NCBI RefSeq assembly: GCF_001194135.2
Contig: NC_068981.1
Location: 84,739,333 to 84,792,211 of the forward strand
From: Octopus bimaculoides
Lineage: Eukaryota
Direction of reading: 5' to 3'
Length of the DNA stretch: 52,879 nucleotides
Under the pieces are notes generated by a model that did not search any database, had not been told where the DNA came from, and was given only the letters and a program-made list of their open reading frames with translations. A program made the translations under genes and the position numbers. Positions 50,004 to 52,879 of this stretch are shown here, piece by piece. Position 1 is the stretch's first letter. The number at the start of each line of letters is the position of its first letter.

Positions 50004-50785
50004 TACATCACAGGTGTGTTGACTACAAGTATACTAACCATATACATGTATGCTTATTTACAGGTGTAGCTACTTATAATATAATGCAATAGAAGTTTAT
50101 ACAGGTTCAAAGGGTTATCAATAAACAGGGGTATCCCAAAACTCAAGCAACATAGTTGGCAGAGACAACAGCAACAACAACAGGACTTTTTGATTAGTAT
50201 AAAGGATCAGTACTATGGAAAGAGAAGACTTGCATATATGGGAAAACTGCTAGTTTCTCTGAAAAACCTTTGTCCAGGTTTGTATATACGTTTTCAGTTG
50301 CATAGTAAACAAAGACTGATAGAGGCCAAACAGTGTTCTAGGGATAAGATATCCAAGTAGGGCTCTTCATTCAGTTGGCAATAGGTTATGGATGGTCCTT
50401 GTTGGATCCATAAGTAAATAAAGTAAAACATTATGCAAGGAATTTACCATCAATATATGATAACATTCAGTTGATGAAAAACAAATCACTTTTGATTGAT
50501 TGATTGATTGATAGAATACCGGTCTTTGATCAGTAGTTTTTTTTTTTCGGAGGGTCTGGTATGTATTGTATCCTGCAACTAAACAAAACAAAACCAAAAA
50601 AGTCATGTGGAAGCATATGCAATCTGCTGCAAACCTATGTCCGTGACCCTTAAAACTTTTGATACTGATCTGCTTCGATCTGTCACTGGATTTTTTATAC
50701 ATGTTTCAAAATGTTGGTATTTAAATTAAACCTTCCTTTGTAATTTTATTTAAAACTCATTAGTTAATAAGTGTTTCTTAATTAA

Positions 50786-51230
50786 AGGTGGCAAGCTGGC
50801 AGAATTGTTAGCATCCCAGGCAACAATCTTTATTGGCATTTCATCCATCTTTATGTTCTGAGTTCAAATTCTGCCGAAGTCAGCTTTGCCTTTCATCCTT
50901 TTGGGGTTGATAAAATAAGTACCAGTTGAGCACTGAGGTTGATCTAATCAACTTATCCCTCCCCCAAAATTGCTGGCCTTGTGCGAAAATTTGAAAGCAA
51001 TAATTATTTCTAACATAGGTAAAAGACCTGAAAATTGTGGTGAGGGGTTAGTCAACTAAATCCACCCCATTTTTTGACTGGTACTTTATTTTATTGACCC
51101 TGGAGGGATGAAAGGCAATGCTTACTTTAATAGGATTTGAACTTAGAATGTAAAGAGCCAGATGAATTACTGTAAGGCTTGAAGCATTTTGTTTGATGTT
51201 CCAACAGTTCTACCAATCCACTGCATAGCT
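50786..51230. mobile_element. Two family B SINEs tail-to-tail (+ 50786-51010; - 51020-51230)
   Basis: Both contain the tttcatcc...gataaaataagtaccagt domain, in opposite orientations. Confidence 0.78.
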
Positions 51231-51395
51231 TAATAATGAAAGAATTTAGTTACATTACTAAATTCTTTCAAATTTGAAACATTTTATTTAAATAAAAAGT
51301 CACAAACTAAGCATTTAAATAGAAATAAAGCAATAAAAGGATTAAGTTTGTTAAAAAGAAAATATTCAATTACCTGTGTCTCTCCTTTTTCTTTT

Positions 51396-51441
<46 letters not shown>

Positions 51442-51707
51442 CCAGTCTTGAGAAATGCAAGATAAATTTTCTAATATATGACAGTCAGTGATCTTCAGTT
51501 AAACCATCATCCAACTGGTCAGTTTAGCTGAGTGGTTTATCAGTGATAAATGAAATGGAAAGGTAAATAAACGTGTATGTTCACTGATTGGTGAAAGATG
51601 ATTATTAGGTTGCTTAGAGACTAAGCACAAGCAGTGGGAAAATAGAATGTTTAAATCCAGCAGCTGATAATAACAAGCCTAAACTTTTGATGCAGTTTCT
51701 TTGCAGC

Positions 51708-51758
51708 TTCCTAACCCATGCTAGCATGGAAAGCGGACGTTAAACGATGATGATGATG
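51708..51758 (+). mobile_element. RTE 3' tip (extreme 5' truncation)
   Basis: ctaacccatgctagcatggaaagcggacgttaaacgatgatgatgatg. A longer diverged tail is at about 52060-52250. Confidence 0.8.
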
Positions 51759-52689
51759 TAGTTGTTGATGTACTTGTTTAGCCCCCAGGTCAAACCTATG
51801 ATTGATTATAACCATTCCAGTATCACCAGCCTGTCTTTTGGTTCTTTTTTTGTCTTTGTTTATTTGAGATATGTCTTTTAGTTAACATTAATTAATATAT
51901 TCTTTGATTTTTTTTTAAAGATTTTCTTTAGAGCATTATTTGAGGAAAATTTGGCAGCTATATTTATTAGATTGTATAACTCCAGAATGGTATTTCCTTG
52001 TTAGCTTGATCTCGGTTGACTGCAGTTTTCCAACCAAGGTGCCATGTAAAGAACATTGGTGTGGGTGCTGATGCCGCATAAAATGTACCCAGTGCACTCT
52101 GTGGAGTGGTTGGCATTAGGAAGGGCATTGAGCTGTAAAAAAAACAAACCAAAGCAGACTATGGAACCAGGTGTGGCCCCTGACCTTGTCAGTCCCTGTC
52201 AAGTTGTCTAACCCATGCCAGCATGGAAAACAGACATTAAATACTGCTGCTGTTAATGGCATTTGGATACTCAAAGAAGGCAAACCACTAAGACAGGACC
52301 ACCGCAGGCATTTGGACAGACCTCTTCAAGCAAGAAGCAATTTCAAGCATTCACATGTGATGTATCACAGCAAGCCTTCTACAAGACTCAGCGTGGTTCT
52401 CTTTTCCCAGTCAGCAGTTATATTATTGACATCTTTTAGCAATAAATATGCTATAAGTTAAAAGTTTGTGAGTTTGCTTCATTTATTATAGACGCAACCA
52501 GCTGGACCACACAGTGATGGCAATCAACACAATACACATCCAACGTCATAACCACCACAACATTAATGGCCAAGCAGTAGCCTTACAGCATTGAATGATA
52601 CACAAGCAGCTACATGACACCACAATGCTCCTTGCTTGGCCCTGTCATGCAGCTGATTCTGAAAGAGACAGAAAGAAAGATTAGGACAG

Positions 52690-52879
52690 AGGGGGAGAGA
52701 TGGGATCAGGGGAGAGAGGAGGAGAGGTAGGCAGGGAGGGGGCGATGAGGAGGAGTAAGGGATGAGGAGGGGTGATGAGGAGGCGTGGTGAGGAGGGGGG
52801 AGGAGGGGAGGAAAGGAGGAGGAGGGGTAGTGAGGAGGAGGGGTAATGAGGAGGAGGAGGGGTAATGAGGAGGAGGAGG
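52690..52879. repeat. Purine-rich (GAG/GGGG) minisatellite-like tract
   Basis: Recurring ggggt(a/g)(a/g)tgaggagga units running to the window end. Confidence 0.85.

Overview
AT-rich, repeat-saturated eukaryotic scaffold with seven N-gaps (5989-6005, 11493-11829, 14633-14981, 34470-34702, 40813-41774, 45489-45637, 46781-47315). The SINE, RTE-tail and MITE sequences match families I recall from Octopus genomes, so the host is probably an octopus (inference). One protein-coding gene can be rebuilt by hand on the minus strand. It is an ODAD1/CCDC114/CCDC63-family outer-dynein-arm docking-complex coiled-coil protein with seven phase-compatible GT-AG coding exons from 38190 to 22895 (459 codons); its 3' end is unresolved. 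The rest is four tRNA-derived SINE families, RTE 3'-tail elements, decayed LINEs (RTE, CR1-like, Tx1/L1, R4/Dong), a Helitron 3' end, Tc1/mariner, pogo-type, hAT and TTAA-type MITEs, an initiator-tRNA pseudogene and many microsatellites. The most notable signal is non-coding: two unrelated families of minimal type-I hammerhead-ribozyme motifs with palindromic stem III, the form known from Penelope-like retroelements. They sit next to (TA)n tracts, mostly as inverted pairs. One pair forms a ~640-bp intronic hairpin whose 92-bp spacer is 95% identical to a segment ~930 bp upstream. All family assignments are from recall of motifs; no database search was run.
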